Below, in pieces: positions 1 through 7,974 of a stretch of DNA of 38,559 bases (the stretch's first letter is position 1; each line of letters opens with the position of its first letter). The stretch lies in assembly GCA_964244805.1 (NCBI GenBank), contig CAXTKN010000002.1:1-38559 (forward strand). Direction: 5' to 3'. Under the pieces are notes generated by a model. It searched no databases. It saw only the letters and a list, made by a program, of their open reading frames with translations, and was not told the origin of the DNA. Source of the stretch: an uncultured Aestuariivirga sp. (GTDB taxonomy: Bacteria; Pseudomonadota; Alphaproteobacteria; Rhizobiales; Aestuariivirgaceae). The translations under genes and the position numbers were made by a program.

Positions 1-49
1 CTGATTTGTAATCAGGGGGTCGCGAGTTCGAATCTTGCAACCGGCACCA
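1..49 (+). tRNA. 3' portion of tRNA-Thr(UGU); the 5' part lies upstream of the window
   Basis: CTGA-TTTGTAA-TCAG anticodon arm (anticodon TGT at 7-9), GCGAG-TTCGAAT-CTTGC T-arm, and ACCGGCA-CCA 3' end. Confidence 0.9.
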
Positions 50-55
50 TTTTTC
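1..55 (+). repeat. attL core direct repeat
   Basis: Identical to 38505-38559. Confidence 0.97.
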
Positions 56-114
56 AAGGACTTAATGTGAGCAATGGTGCGCAGTTAGACATTAAGCTTG
101 TCTAACGTTAGACG
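51..114. promoter_or_regulatory. att arm: IHF-like site (TTTCAAGGACTTA, 52-64) and putative integrase arm sites GTTAGAC (84-90, 107-113) and GTCTAAC (100-106)
   Basis: The heptamer occurs three times next to attL and once near attR (38406-38412). The IHF-like site resembles WATCAANNNNTTR. Confidence 0.65.
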
Positions 115-422
115 CGGCGGCGTTGGGGAAAATCTTTGACCACATCTGTTATGCTTTCATCGACAATAGTTGTCCCGCACATCACGCGAATTCTTTTAAG
201 TGAAATCAGTGAAGAAATAGCTTTATATTCAACGATGACTTGATATTCAAAATATTCGACTGAGAAAGGTATGTTAATATCATATCTGCTGATCGGGTGC
301 TCCATTGAAATAAATGATGGTGGTAAATAGCTCTTAAATCTGTGGTGCTCTAAAAAATTCCAGTCGGGATAGCATCTGCAAAAATATTCGTAAGCCGCTT
401 TTTTTTCTTCATCTTTAGTCAT
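108..422 (-). CDS. Hypothetical protein, last gene of the leftward operon
   Basis: AT-rich 104-aa ORF whose ATG overlaps the TGA of the upstream HNH fragment (ATGA coupling). Confidence 0.65.
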   Translation of the reverse strand: MTKDEEKKAAYEYFCRCYPDWNFLEHHRFKSYLPPSFISMEHPISRYDINIPFSVEYFEYQVIVEYKAISSLISLKRIRVMCGTTIVDESITDVVKDFPQRRRV

Positions 423-505
423 ACTCTCGCCTTTCTATTTGCTGCCCGGTGTTTTGCATCGTGGCGGTTGTGGTGGAGTTGGCAGAGGTGGGCAAGGTTC
501 TCTGG
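419..505 (-). pseudogene. C-terminal fragment of an IS-disrupted phage HNH-like/Zn-binding protein
   Basis: Reads PENLAHLCQLHHNRHDAKHRAANRKARV*, which fits the NL..LC..(C/H)H HNH C-terminal motif. It abuts the left IS end. Confidence 0.75.
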
Positions 506-568
506 GGCGATATTATACTTGACGTACCCAAATAGATGTATTACATAGGATGCATAAGGAGTTATCTC

Positions 569-1492
569 ATGTCATCCGTTCTCACTCAGCCACACTTCCA
601 CAATGAAGCCGCCGCCTACAAATTTGTAGAGGCGCGGGTTTGGCCGCAAGGGCCAGTCTGCCCTCATTGTGGTGGTGTAGAGCGCATTGGCAAGATGGAA
701 GGCAAATCAACTCGGATGGGCGTTTATAAGTGCTATCAATGCCGCAAGCCTTTCACTGTGAAGGTAAATACTGTGTTTGAAAGCAGCCATGTGAAATTGC
801 ACCTTTGGCTGCAAGCCATGTTCCTTATGTCATCAAGCAAAAAGGGTATTAGCTCAAATCAATTGCACCGCACCCTTGGCGTTACCCTCAAAACCGCTTG
901 GTTCATGTCGCACCGCATCCGTGAAGCAATGCGGGTAGTTGGCATGGAGCCGATGGGCGGCGAAGGTTCCATCATAGAAACTGATGAAACTTATTTTGGA
1001 GACAAAGAGCATGTCACCAAGCGCACCAAAAGCGGCAAGACTAGCTTGTCTGGCAAACGTGCCGTTGTAGCGCTTGTGAGGCGTGGTGGTGAAGCACGTT
1101 CGTTCTATGCACCACAGATCAACCAGCTTTCGGTGCGTGATGTCTTGATGAACAATCTGCATAGATCATCTGTCCTACACACCGATGAAAGCACCCTCTA
1201 TACCCCATTGGCCAAGGTGTTTAAGTCTCACGATACCGTGCGCCATAGTGGCGGTGAGTATGTTCGCGGCACCGTTCACACCAATACTGTCGAAGGATAT
1301 TTCAGTATTTTCAAACGCGGTATGAAGGGTATATACCAGCATTGCAGCGAGAAGCATTTGCAGCGTTATCTGTCGGAATTTGATTTCCGCTATAGCAACC
1401 GGATTGCACTTAATGTTAATGACGAAGCCCGCACTATTCTTGCGATCAAGGGTATCGTGGGAAAGCGCCTGACTTATCGAACGATTAACTGA
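569..1492 (+). CDS. IS1595-family transposase
   Basis: Zn ribbon CPHC..CYQC, HTH (SSNQLHRTLGVTLKTAW) and DDE motifs ETDETY / HTDE / NTVEGYF. AAGGAG RBS precedes ATG 569. Confidence 0.95.
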   Translation: MSSVLTQPHFHNEAAAYKFVEARVWPQGPVCPHCGGVERIGKMEGKSTRMGVYKCYQCRKPFTVKVNTVFESSHVKLHLWLQAMFLMSSSKKGISSNQLHRTLGVTLKTAWFMSHRIREAMRVVGMEPMGGEGSIIETDETYFGDKEHVTKRTKSGKTSLSGKRAVVALVRRGGEARSFYAPQINQLSVRDVLMNNLHRSSVLHTDESTLYTPLAKVFKSHDTVRHSGGEYVRGTVHTNTVEGYFSIFKRGMKGIYQHCSEKHLQRYLSEFDFRYSNRIALNVNDEARTILAIKGIVGKRLTYRTIN

Positions 1493-1506
1493 GGGGCCAA
1501 AGCCCT

Positions 1507-1686
1507 ATGCCATCAAAAACAAAGCCAAAAATTACAAAGCCAAAAGAAGACGATAAAGAACAATCCGCGCGGTTTATTGCGACCGCTCGGAAACTTGATG
1601 TTGATGAAAGCATAGGAAAGTTTGAAGCGGCCATTAAGAGTTTGGTTCCACCCAAAGCTTCAAACAGGAAGTCCGTGCAAAAGTAG
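1507..1686 (+). CDS. Small IS1595-associated protein (59 aa)
   Basis: MPSKTKPK...EQSARFIATARKLDVDESIGKFEAAIK. It lies directly after the transposase with a GAGG RBS, is below the ORF-track cutoff, and resembles small ORFs following alphaproteobacterial IS1595 transposases. Confidence 0.65.
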   Translation: MPSKTKPKITKPKEDDKEQSARFIATARKLDVDESIGKFEAAIKSLVPPKASNRKSVQK

Positions 1687-2451
1687 ATATTGGTTGATCC
1701 TTTGCAACAGATCAAATGGCCCGAGAGTGTTCTGAGGGTCTGCTTTTTTGATCATGCCAGCCATCCAGTCTACTCTGCTATTGTCAATATCAGCGTAATA
1801 ATCACTTTCTTGAATTAGGGCTATGTAGTCTTTGCGTGGAGGATGACCGGCAGCGGCACGAACGAGAAAGTGCCGATACTGCCAAGCCATCATATCGGCG
1901 GCCTGCAATGGTAGAAACTTTCTTTTATCCACAAAAACATGAGCAGCGTAGTTATCTCCAACTTTACCGCCGTAAGTTTTTATTGAGTTCATGAAACGAT
2001 GCGCCTCATTTGCACTTTCGTGGCCACTTTCAAAGAAATAGCTCACCGAAGCCTTGCTGTCGCGGCTCGCAATTACTCTGCTTATGCGATCCACTACTTG
2101 CAATAAAATGAACGTGTAAGCACCGTACACATGAACGCCTCCTGACATTGCCTTTTCATAGTAAGCAGTATCTATAGAAACCGCAGCCCCCGCCACACTG
2201 TGTTTCTTGATGAGCATAATCAGGTCTTTCTCGCTATCGATGCGATCTTGCAGGCTCATCTTGGAGTATTCCCCGTTTCCTGTGGCGCAGTCCGTCATGT
2301 GTGCGTACGATAAACTATAATTCTTGAGCTTTCGCGCCCACGCCTCTGAAAATTGCCGAGCTCCGGTTTTAGTGAACGCATAAGCCGCAACGGTCATCAG
2401 TGGTGAGCCCGCGTGGGTGCCACTTTCATCAAAAAACGCTTGATAGATCAT
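1660..2451 (-). CDS. DUF3800-family (RNase H-like fold) protein, IS passenger
   Basis: N-terminal FFDESG motif and C-terminal LQAADxxAW motif. AAGGAGG RBS upstream of ATG 2451. Confidence 0.8.
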   Translation of the reverse strand: MIYQAFFDESGTHAGSPLMTVAAYAFTKTGARQFSEAWARKLKNYSLSYAHMTDCATGNGEYSKMSLQDRIDSEKDLIMLIKKHSVAGAAVSIDTAYYEKAMSGGVHVYGAYTFILLQVVDRISRVIASRDSKASVSYFFESGHESANEAHRFMNSIKTYGGKVGDNYAAHVFVDKRKFLPLQAADMMAWQYRHFLVRAAAGHPPRKDYIALIQESDYYADIDNSRVDWMAGMIKKADPQNTLGPFDLLQRINQYLLLHGLPV

Positions 2452-2575
2452 AACGCCACATCCTCCTTGCGGGATACAAGCGTCGATCATATCGAAAGCA
2501 AAATTTGCCGAATCAATGCGGGACGCCATCAAGCGCCCCTTCTATGGTAACGGGTACGTAAAGTATAATATCGCC

Positions 2576-2755
2576 CAAGCGACCATCGCTTGTTAGATAT
2601 GCCCAATCTTGTTTGTCAACCGTTCTGCAAATGATCGAGTTATTTCTAACTCCGCAAATCTCGCACATATCCCCACTCCGCGCTCTGATCATCGGCACGA
2701 TTTCGGATTTCCAGTTGGTGGGATAGAGGTGCTTGCGTTCAGGGCGAATGGGCAT
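2576..2755 (-). pseudogene. N-terminal fragment of the IS-disrupted HNH-like protein
   Basis: MPIRPERKHLYPTNWK...RSGDMCEICG runs directly into the right IS IR. Confidence 0.75.
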
Positions 2756-2951
2756 TGCCAATATCTCCATATTCATCAAACGCGTTACTTTCTTTCAGGT
2801 GCGTTATGTCACCGTCAGCATCGATGCGCCATGAAGTTTTGCATTTGCACTTGTAAAAAACAATTGGCCCGGGTTTTACCTTTTCCGGCTCCGTTGGCGC
2901 ACAGCAAATAGGGCATTTCAAAGTATCAAAATGCTCTAGGGAATATTTCAT
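2739..2951 (-). CDS. Small Zn-ribbon-like hypothetical protein
   Basis: CPIC...CKC motifs; overlaps both neighbours. Confidence 0.6.
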   Translation of the reverse strand: MKYSLEHFDTLKCPICCAPTEPEKVKPGPIVFYKCKCKTSWRIDADGDITHLKESNAFDEYGDIGNAHSP

Positions 2952-3169
2952 TTCGCTCTCGCATACTTTCTAAAAATCTGGTTACTAGCGCGGGTTGCGA
3001 TGGCCAGTTTGGTGGCCAAGGTTTGGCGCTTGGATTTGGCTCTGGCAGGATTTTCGAGAAGCAAAAGCTCCAATCTGATTGATTGCCCGATGATCATCAT
3101 GCGCAAGCTATAGTATTGAGTGCGAGCCTGTTCGCTTGTCCAATGTTCAGGCCATGTGAAATGTGTCAT
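2948..3169 (-). CDS. Hypothetical phage protein
   Basis: Coupled ORF in the leftward operon. Confidence 0.55.
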   Translation of the reverse strand: MTHFTWPEHWTSEQARTQYYSLRMMIIGQSIRLELLLLENPARAKSKRQTLATKLAIATRASNQIFRKYARAK

Positions 3170-3181
3170 GGTTTGGCTTTC

Positions 3182-3379
3182 TCAATGATGATCATGAGTA
3201 TCGTCGCAGTTAAAGCCGCCTTGCTCATGTTCGGTGATCACATTATTGCAAAGCGCCATGAATATTTTGAAATCCATCGATGTCACGGCAAATGCATTTC
3301 TATTTTTGTTGAGCAAATAGAGGGCGACTTTGCCGTGTTTGCAACAGCTCGCTTGAATAAATTTGGCTTGCCTAATCAT
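3182..3379 (-). CDS. Hypothetical phage protein
   Basis: 4-nt overlap with the upstream ORF. Confidence 0.55.
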   Translation of the reverse strand: MIRQAKFIQASCCKHGKVALYLLNKNRNAFAVTSMDFKIFMALCNNVITEHEQGGFNCDDTHDHH

Positions 3380-3615
3380 TTGGTTTTCTCAAAATCTTTT
3401 TCATCTTGGGGAGACATGGTGGGCATGTCGGTGACGCAGGTTCTCCCCAAGCGTTTATAGGTGACGCGCAAGGGGGATTTTGTGGCGTCAAAGTTGGGAA
3501 GCCAAGTCCACAGGCTGTCATACATGGTGATGTAAGTGGGGGGCACGTTGAAATCTTGAAAATAGAATTTGAACGTCTCACCATTTTCGGGATCGAGTGT
3601 TGCGATTACGGGCAT
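3376..3615 (-). CDS. Hypothetical phage protein
   Basis: Overlaps the 3606-3812 gene; ATG at 3615. Confidence 0.5.
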   Translation of the reverse strand: MPVIATLDPENGETFKFYFQDFNVPPTYITMYDSLWTWLPNFDATKSPLRVTYKRLGRTCVTDMPTMSPQDEKDFEKTK

Positions 3616-3812
3616 TTGATAAATCCGCATTCACCACTGGTATTACTTTGGTTGTAAGGTTCGTTTCTTTTCCATGCCATGCAACCAGAGCCAAGGCAGC
3701 AATGATTGTTTGGTACATCCGGGGCGGTACGATTGGTAAAAAATCTGCCTAGTGCATCTTGCTCCACCTGCGTGAATGGGCACCATTTCAACTTTGCTTG
3801 ATCCTCGGTCAT
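3606..3812 (-). CDS. Cys-rich small phage protein
   Basis: AKLKWCPF...CLGSGCMAW...GECG pattern typical of small phage proteins. Confidence 0.7.
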   Translation of the reverse strand: MTEDQAKLKWCPFTQVEQDALGRFFTNRTAPDVPNNHCCLGSGCMAWKRNEPYNQSNTSGECGFIKCP

Positions 3813-4114
3813 GGTGTCACCACTTTCGTGTGACGGCGTTGCTCATCTTTGCGGGCCATGGCGCGTTTGACCATGATGTGATTGCAAGCTTTTTTCCAGC
3901 GTGACGGCGTGTCGCTCGATGTGACGAGGCCGTTAATCGCTTCAAAATACTGCGCTTCCATTTTATCCCATGTTGCTGTCTCTTTGCGGTGAAGAATGAG
4001 AATGTTATCAATCTCCATCGAAACGCGCCCGAGCAGCACAGTTTGTTGTGTGCACTGTTTGAGAAGCCACTGATAAGTTTTTGTGCGGTGGATTATTTTG
4101 TCGATCATTCTCAT
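3809..4114 (-). CDS. Hypothetical phage protein
   Basis: ATGA-coupled to both neighbours. Confidence 0.6.
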   Translation of the reverse strand: MRMIDKIIHRTKTYQWLLKQCTQQTVLLGRVSMEIDNILILHRKETATWDKMEAQYFEAINGLVTSSDTPSRWKKACNHIMVKRAMARKDEQRRHTKVVTP

Positions 4115-4344
4115 TGGCTTTGCCCTTGTTCGATTTTGGTTTTGAGGTCGGTGGTTTCTTCGTGCATGGCATCTATCACAAAGCGCGTGTGCATCTGAGC
4201 TTTGCGCAAAATGGCAATGGCGTTTTCGTGCACCATCATTTGATTGCGGTGCCAATCAATCAGCAAAGACATTTCTTTATCGGTGGTTGCTGCATCTGCT
4301 AGATTGGCCGCTGTGGCGCGAAAGGTGTTTTCAGGCGTGGTCAT
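4111..4344 (-). CDS. Hypothetical phage protein
   Basis: MTTPENT start follows an intergenic gap; coupled to the next gene. Confidence 0.55.
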   Translation of the reverse strand: MTTPENTFRATAANLADAATTDKEMSLLIDWHRNQMMVHENAIAILRKAQMHTRFVIDAMHEETTDLKTKIEQGQSQ

Positions 4345-4492
4345 GATGATGTGCCTTTTGGTGCGCAAAATGCGCCACCTGATAGCGGTGAATGCAAAAG
4401 AAATTGGCGATGGGCAAATTCGCAATCATATTGTGAAGCAAATTCTACGTGATCAATCCCGCCACTTAAAATCATTATTAATATCCAGTGCA

Positions 4493-5833
4493 TCAAGCAA
4501 CTCCTTTGGTGCGGTGGGTTTTGAGTTTGGCCATGGCGTTATTGGCGATGACCGGATCGTGGCGCTCAACATAATGTTTGCGCTTCAAACTGATTGACGC
4601 TTCGCTATGGCCGGTGATTGCGGATGCTTCAGCATCGGTGCAGCCCGCACGAAACAATGAGGTGACCATATAGTCGCGGAAATCCATCAGCTTTAAACGC
4701 TCCACACTGGGGCAGAGCTTGGCTGCTTCTAATCGCACCCGTGCAAATAACCGTGCGGCTGATGCGCCGTCGAGCGGCAAGCCTGTGTCAAGGTTCCACA
4801 ACAATGGCGTTTCGATCATATGGCGAAACCAATATTTGCGGTTGCGCAATTTCAGTTCGGCAAAGCGCTGATCGAGATTGCCCCAAAGCTGTTCAAACAC
4901 ATTCAACATGGTGGTTCCGGCTTGTGTCAGTTCGCCGATCACTTCGAGATTGATATAAGTTTCGGTCTTGGCGTTTTGAAAACCAAAGCGACCTTCGAGA
5001 AATTCACGGCGCGGCATGTTTTGCAACAGATCACCCCGGCGCTGGCCGGTTAAAGCTGCGGCCATGATGAGGCCTACGGCGTCATAACGTGGCCCTGCAT
5101 ATTTTTTGCTGGGTGGCAATGAAAGTGCTGCGGCAACAAGAGCTGCAACCTCTTGCTCGGTGGCCACACGAATGCGACCCTTGGTGGCCAGATAACGAAA
5201 TTTGTAAAGCGGGTTGAAATCCAGCCATTCCAGATCAAGCGCATAAGACAGGCACACGCTTAACACGCGCATGCGAGCATTGGCAGAGGCCTTGCCATGG
5301 CGCTTGATTAAAGCCTCATAGGTTTTGAGCAGTTTTTTGCGGCGCAAGGCCCGCACGGGTTCTTGGCCTAACAGTGGCAAAAAATCATCCAGCATGTTGC
5401 CATAATCAAGTGCGGTTCGCTTGCGCAATTGGTGAAAGCGCGGCGACTTTAAATATTCGGCGGTCAATGCGGCAAAGCTTTGCTTTTGCACCCGTGGCAA
5501 GGGCTGGCCAGTGAGCGCGGGAAAATCATAGGCGACAAAGGGTGCGGCACTCAGCTTGAGGCCGATGCTATCGCCGGAGAGGCCTTTGCTCCACGCTTCA
5601 AGGGCGAGCTGTGCGCCCGCTTGGTTTTGCGTGGTGATCAAATCGTAAACTGCATTCAGCCATTCAGCTTGGGTGATGGCGATGCTGGTGGGGCTTCTAG
5701 TGCCATCGGATTGCACCAAGGGGCATGCCTTCCAGCCCATGGCAATCATCCGCGATGCGGGTTGCCACACATGATAAGAGCCGCCCTTGCGGGCACGGGT
5801 TGTGAAAAATCGGGGAGCATCAATCTTGGCCAT
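4493..5833 (-). CDS. int: Tyrosine recombinase / integrase
   Basis: TGQRRGD (R), NAKT (K), MDFR (HxxR position with H to M), ITGH (H) and KHY (Y), plus a core-binding region (ANARMRVLS..LSYA). It is the only site-specific recombinase in the prophage. Start assigned at MAKID (5833). Confidence 0.88.
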   Translation of the reverse strand: MAKIDAPRFFTTRARKGGSYHVWQPASRMIAMGWKACPLVQSDGTRSPTSIAITQAEWLNAVYDLITTQNQAGAQLALEAWSKGLSGDSIGLKLSAAPFVAYDFPALTGQPLPRVQKQSFAALTAEYLKSPRFHQLRKRTALDYGNMLDDFLPLLGQEPVRALRRKKLLKTYEALIKRHGKASANARMRVLSVCLSYALDLEWLDFNPLYKFRYLATKGRIRVATEQEVAALVAAALSLPPSKKYAGPRYDAVGLIMAAALTGQRRGDLLQNMPRREFLEGRFGFQNAKTETYINLEVIGELTQAGTTMLNVFEQLWGNLDQRFAELKLRNRKYWFRHMIETPLLWNLDTGLPLDGASAARLFARVRLEAAKLCPSVERLKLMDFRDYMVTSLFRAGCTDAEASAITGHSEASISLKRKHYVERHDPVIANNAMAKLKTHRTKGVA

Positions 5834-5858
5834 AATTTGCACTTTGTGATGGGGATTG

Positions 5859-5950
5859 AAAAAAAACGCGGCGCACTCTTCCATGGGGGATGGTGCTGTG
5901 GTGGCTTTGAATGCACCGCGTCGAGCTTCAGGCGGGAGACACGCCTGAAG
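5859..5950 (-). terminator. Hairpin plus long-stem intrinsic terminator just upstream of int
   Basis: On the minus strand: CTTCAGGCG/CGCCTGAAG hairpin (5926-5950), then 13-bp stem ACGCGGUGCAUUC/GAGUGCGCCGCGU (two G-U pairs) followed by a U run. Confidence 0.7.
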
Positions 5951-5957
5951 ATTGGGG

Positions 5958-6320
5958 TTAGCGCCGTTTGTTGCTGCTTGCCTCGGTGCTGCTGGCTGTG
6001 GCTTCAACGGGTGGCACAGGTTCTGTGGTGGTAGGAATTTCGCCACTCGTTGCGGCTGCGGTGTCTGGCAAAGTTTCGGGTGAGCTTTGCGTCTCTGGCA
6101 TTTTCATCGCTCCCGAATTGATGTTTGCTTTCGGTCGATCTGATGGCACAAAATAATCCGGCGTTTCAGCCACGGCCACGGGCTGGCCGCCAAACGGAAT
6201 GAGAACGCTACCCACGGCGCTGCCTTCGCCACCGGGCATGATGCTGATGATAAGTGCGGTGTTGAAAAAGCCCTTGCCTGTCACGGCTCCGGCATTGATG
6301 AAACTGACTTCTTTAAACAT
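5958..6320 (-). CDS. Hypothetical protein with low-complexity P/T/A/E-rich tail
   Basis: AGGAG RBS; 120 aa. Confidence 0.7.
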   Translation of the reverse strand: MFKEVSFINAGAVTGKGFFNTALIISIMPGGEGSAVGSVLIPFGGQPVAVAETPDYFVPSDRPKANINSGAMKMPETQSSPETLPDTAAATSGEIPTTTEPVPPVEATASSTEASSNKRR

Positions 6321-6374
6321 AAAATTCTCCTGAAAAATGTTAAACGCGGGAACGCAACTGACAGTTAAAATCGT

Positions 6375-6839
6375 TCAGGCGTTCTTTTTGCAAAGATCGC
6401 ACATGCGGTGATGCTTGTGAGTGCTGGGAAAATTGACATCGCAAGTGATGCAGGGTTTCACGACAATATTGTCTGAGTTGCCATGATCATTGCGCCGCCC
6501 TTTTTTCGTCCAAACCGTAAAGCCAAATCCCACCACTTCAAAACGCTGGGCATTGGTGGTTTTGTGTTTGATCACCATGTCGTCGGCAATCAAGTCATTC
6601 AGCGTTTTGGTAATGCGGTCGCGGTTCACATGAAAAAGTTCGGCCAAAAGATAAATCGCTTGCAGTGGTTCATTGCGGCTCACCACATGTTTCATGTGAT
6701 CAAGCGATTGTTGCTTCAAGCTTTGGCGTTGCTTGGGCACCACGATAACACTGATGCTTGGCATTGCCGTCTCAAGTGTCGCTGCGGTTTGCGGCCCTTC
6801 ACATATCGCAATTGTGGTATTAACGAGCTGCATTGGCAT
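6375..6839 (-). CDS. Hypothetical protein with putative wHTH and C-terminal Zn finger
   Basis: CITC..FPSTHKHHRMCDLC; GAGG RBS before ATG 6839. Confidence 0.65.
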   Translation of the reverse strand: MPMQLVNTTIAICEGPQTAATLETAMPSISVIVVPKQRQSLKQQSLDHMKHVVSRNEPLQAIYLLAELFHVNRDRITKTLNDLIADDMVIKHKTTNAQRFEVVGFGFTVWTKKGRRNDHGNSDNIVVKPCITCDVNFPSTHKHHRMCDLCKKNA

Positions 6840-7113
6840 ATTCCTCGCAAGCTTGGTTAAATCGGTGGTCTTCGCTGTCGTCATCCAAGGCGGGCGCTTT
6901 CTCGCTGCCGCCATTGGTTTCAATCCAATCTAAAACCTTGGTGCGGCTCCAGCGTGGATGGCTGCGGGTGCCGGATAAATGCGCGGGGAAGCGTTTTGTA
7001 GCGACATAGCTTTTCCAGTGTCTTGACCATGTGCGCGGCGAAACCCGCAACAGCTTTGCGGTTTCCTGAAAGGTCAAAACATCTTCATGTTTTGCTGGGT
7101 CAAAATGTTTCAT
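6820..7113 (-). CDS. Excisionase/AlpA-like HTH protein
   Basis: LTFQETAKLLRVSPRTW...FPA...RWSRTKVLDWI, a MerR/Xis-type wHTH. First gene of the leftward operon. Confidence 0.7.
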   Translation of the reverse strand: MKHFDPAKHEDVLTFQETAKLLRVSPRTWSRHWKSYVATKRFPAHLSGTRSHPRWSRTKVLDWIETNGGSEKAPALDDDSEDHRFNQACEEYANAAR

Positions 7114-7254
7114 GTGTATCAAACTCGCCATAAGGGGCCAAATCACGCCACTAAAATGCACGATTATCCAGAATGCGCAAGTGAAATAATCCAAATTGCG
7201 CACAACTGGGCGCAAAAATGCGCTAAGCGCTTTGAATAATTTAAGAAAATATTT

Positions 7255-7875
7255 TTAAGCGGCCTTTGTTTTGCGCAATGTCCAGCGCTTAATCATGGTT
7301 CCCATGATCGCCATATGTCGGCCTGATGTGTCAATATTGATCGGCGCAATCGAAGGTGCACCAAGCTCTGCGGCCACCAAGAATGGCGGCATATAAAGCC
7401 TCATAACGGTATCGGCTCCGGGTTGTCCGATACGGTAAATCTGGGCTATCACAATATCGCCTGACATGGGCGCAAGGCTGGCGTCAAAACGGATATGATC
7501 GCCGGGCATGCAGCCCAATGCGGCCAAGGAATGGCTGCGCACCTGCCAGTCACTCAAATTGGCATTCCAGCCCTCTTCTGGCTCATATTCCGGAGTTATT
7601 GGACTGATATCGGGTTCGGCAAAACCTTGCACATCCACAGCACCAATGAGTTCAGGCGGGATAGCCACACGAAATGCTGAGCTGATCCGGCGCAAGACAT
7701 CCAATGAGGGTTTGCGCGTCCAGCCGGGTTTGATTTGACGGGTGATGGTGGATGGCGAAGCCGAAATGCGTTTGGCAATTTCAGTGGCGGTGATGGAGTT
7801 GGTTTCACAAATCTGCTCAATCCATAGGCGGTAACGATCTTGCCAAGCGGCATAATTTTGCACGTTCGAATTCAT
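7255..7875 (-). CDS. CI-like repressor (XRE HTH plus degenerate S24 domain)
   Basis: TATEIAKRISASPSTITR HTH. C-terminal VRSHSL...PGD...GDIVIA...TVMRLY resembles the S24 fold. AAGGAG RBS. Divergent from the cro-like gene. Confidence 0.85.
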   Translation of the reverse strand: MNSNVQNYAAWQDRYRLWIEQICETNSITATEIAKRISASPSTITRQIKPGWTRKPSLDVLRRISSAFRVAIPPELIGAVDVQGFAEPDISPITPEYEPEEGWNANLSDWQVRSHSLAALGCMPGDHIRFDASLAPMSGDIVIAQIYRIGQPGADTVMRLYMPPFLVAAELGAPSIAPINIDTSGRHMAIMGTMIKRWTLRKTKAA

Positions 7876-7935
7876 GGGCACACTCCTTGGCCCATTTAAG
7901 CAATCCTCAAACTCACTCACAAACTTCAACATGGA

Positions 7936-7966
7936 CTTGACAAATCACCGAAAGGTAAAATCTAAT
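7936..7966 (+). promoter_or_regulatory. Rightward early promoter with CTTGACAAATCAC element
   Basis: TTGACA at 7937-7942 and TCTAAT 18 bp downstream. The 13-mer is repeated at 16230, 22165 and 34649. Confidence 0.65.
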
Positions 7967-7974
7967 GCGCAATT

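Larger units (their letters stand above)
506..2575 (+). mobile_element. IS1595-family element with passenger gene (transporter IS)
   Basis: 24-bp terminal IRs: GGCGATATTATACTTGACGTACCC (506-529) and GGGTACGTAAAGTATAATATCGCC (2552-2575), one mismatch. Contains a DDE transposase. No target duplication seen. Confidence 0.9.

Noticed and set aside
5834-6046. N-terminal 71 aa of the 517-aa integrase ORF
   Set aside because: It overlaps the 5958-6320 gene and a terminator structure. The start at 5833 is more plausible.
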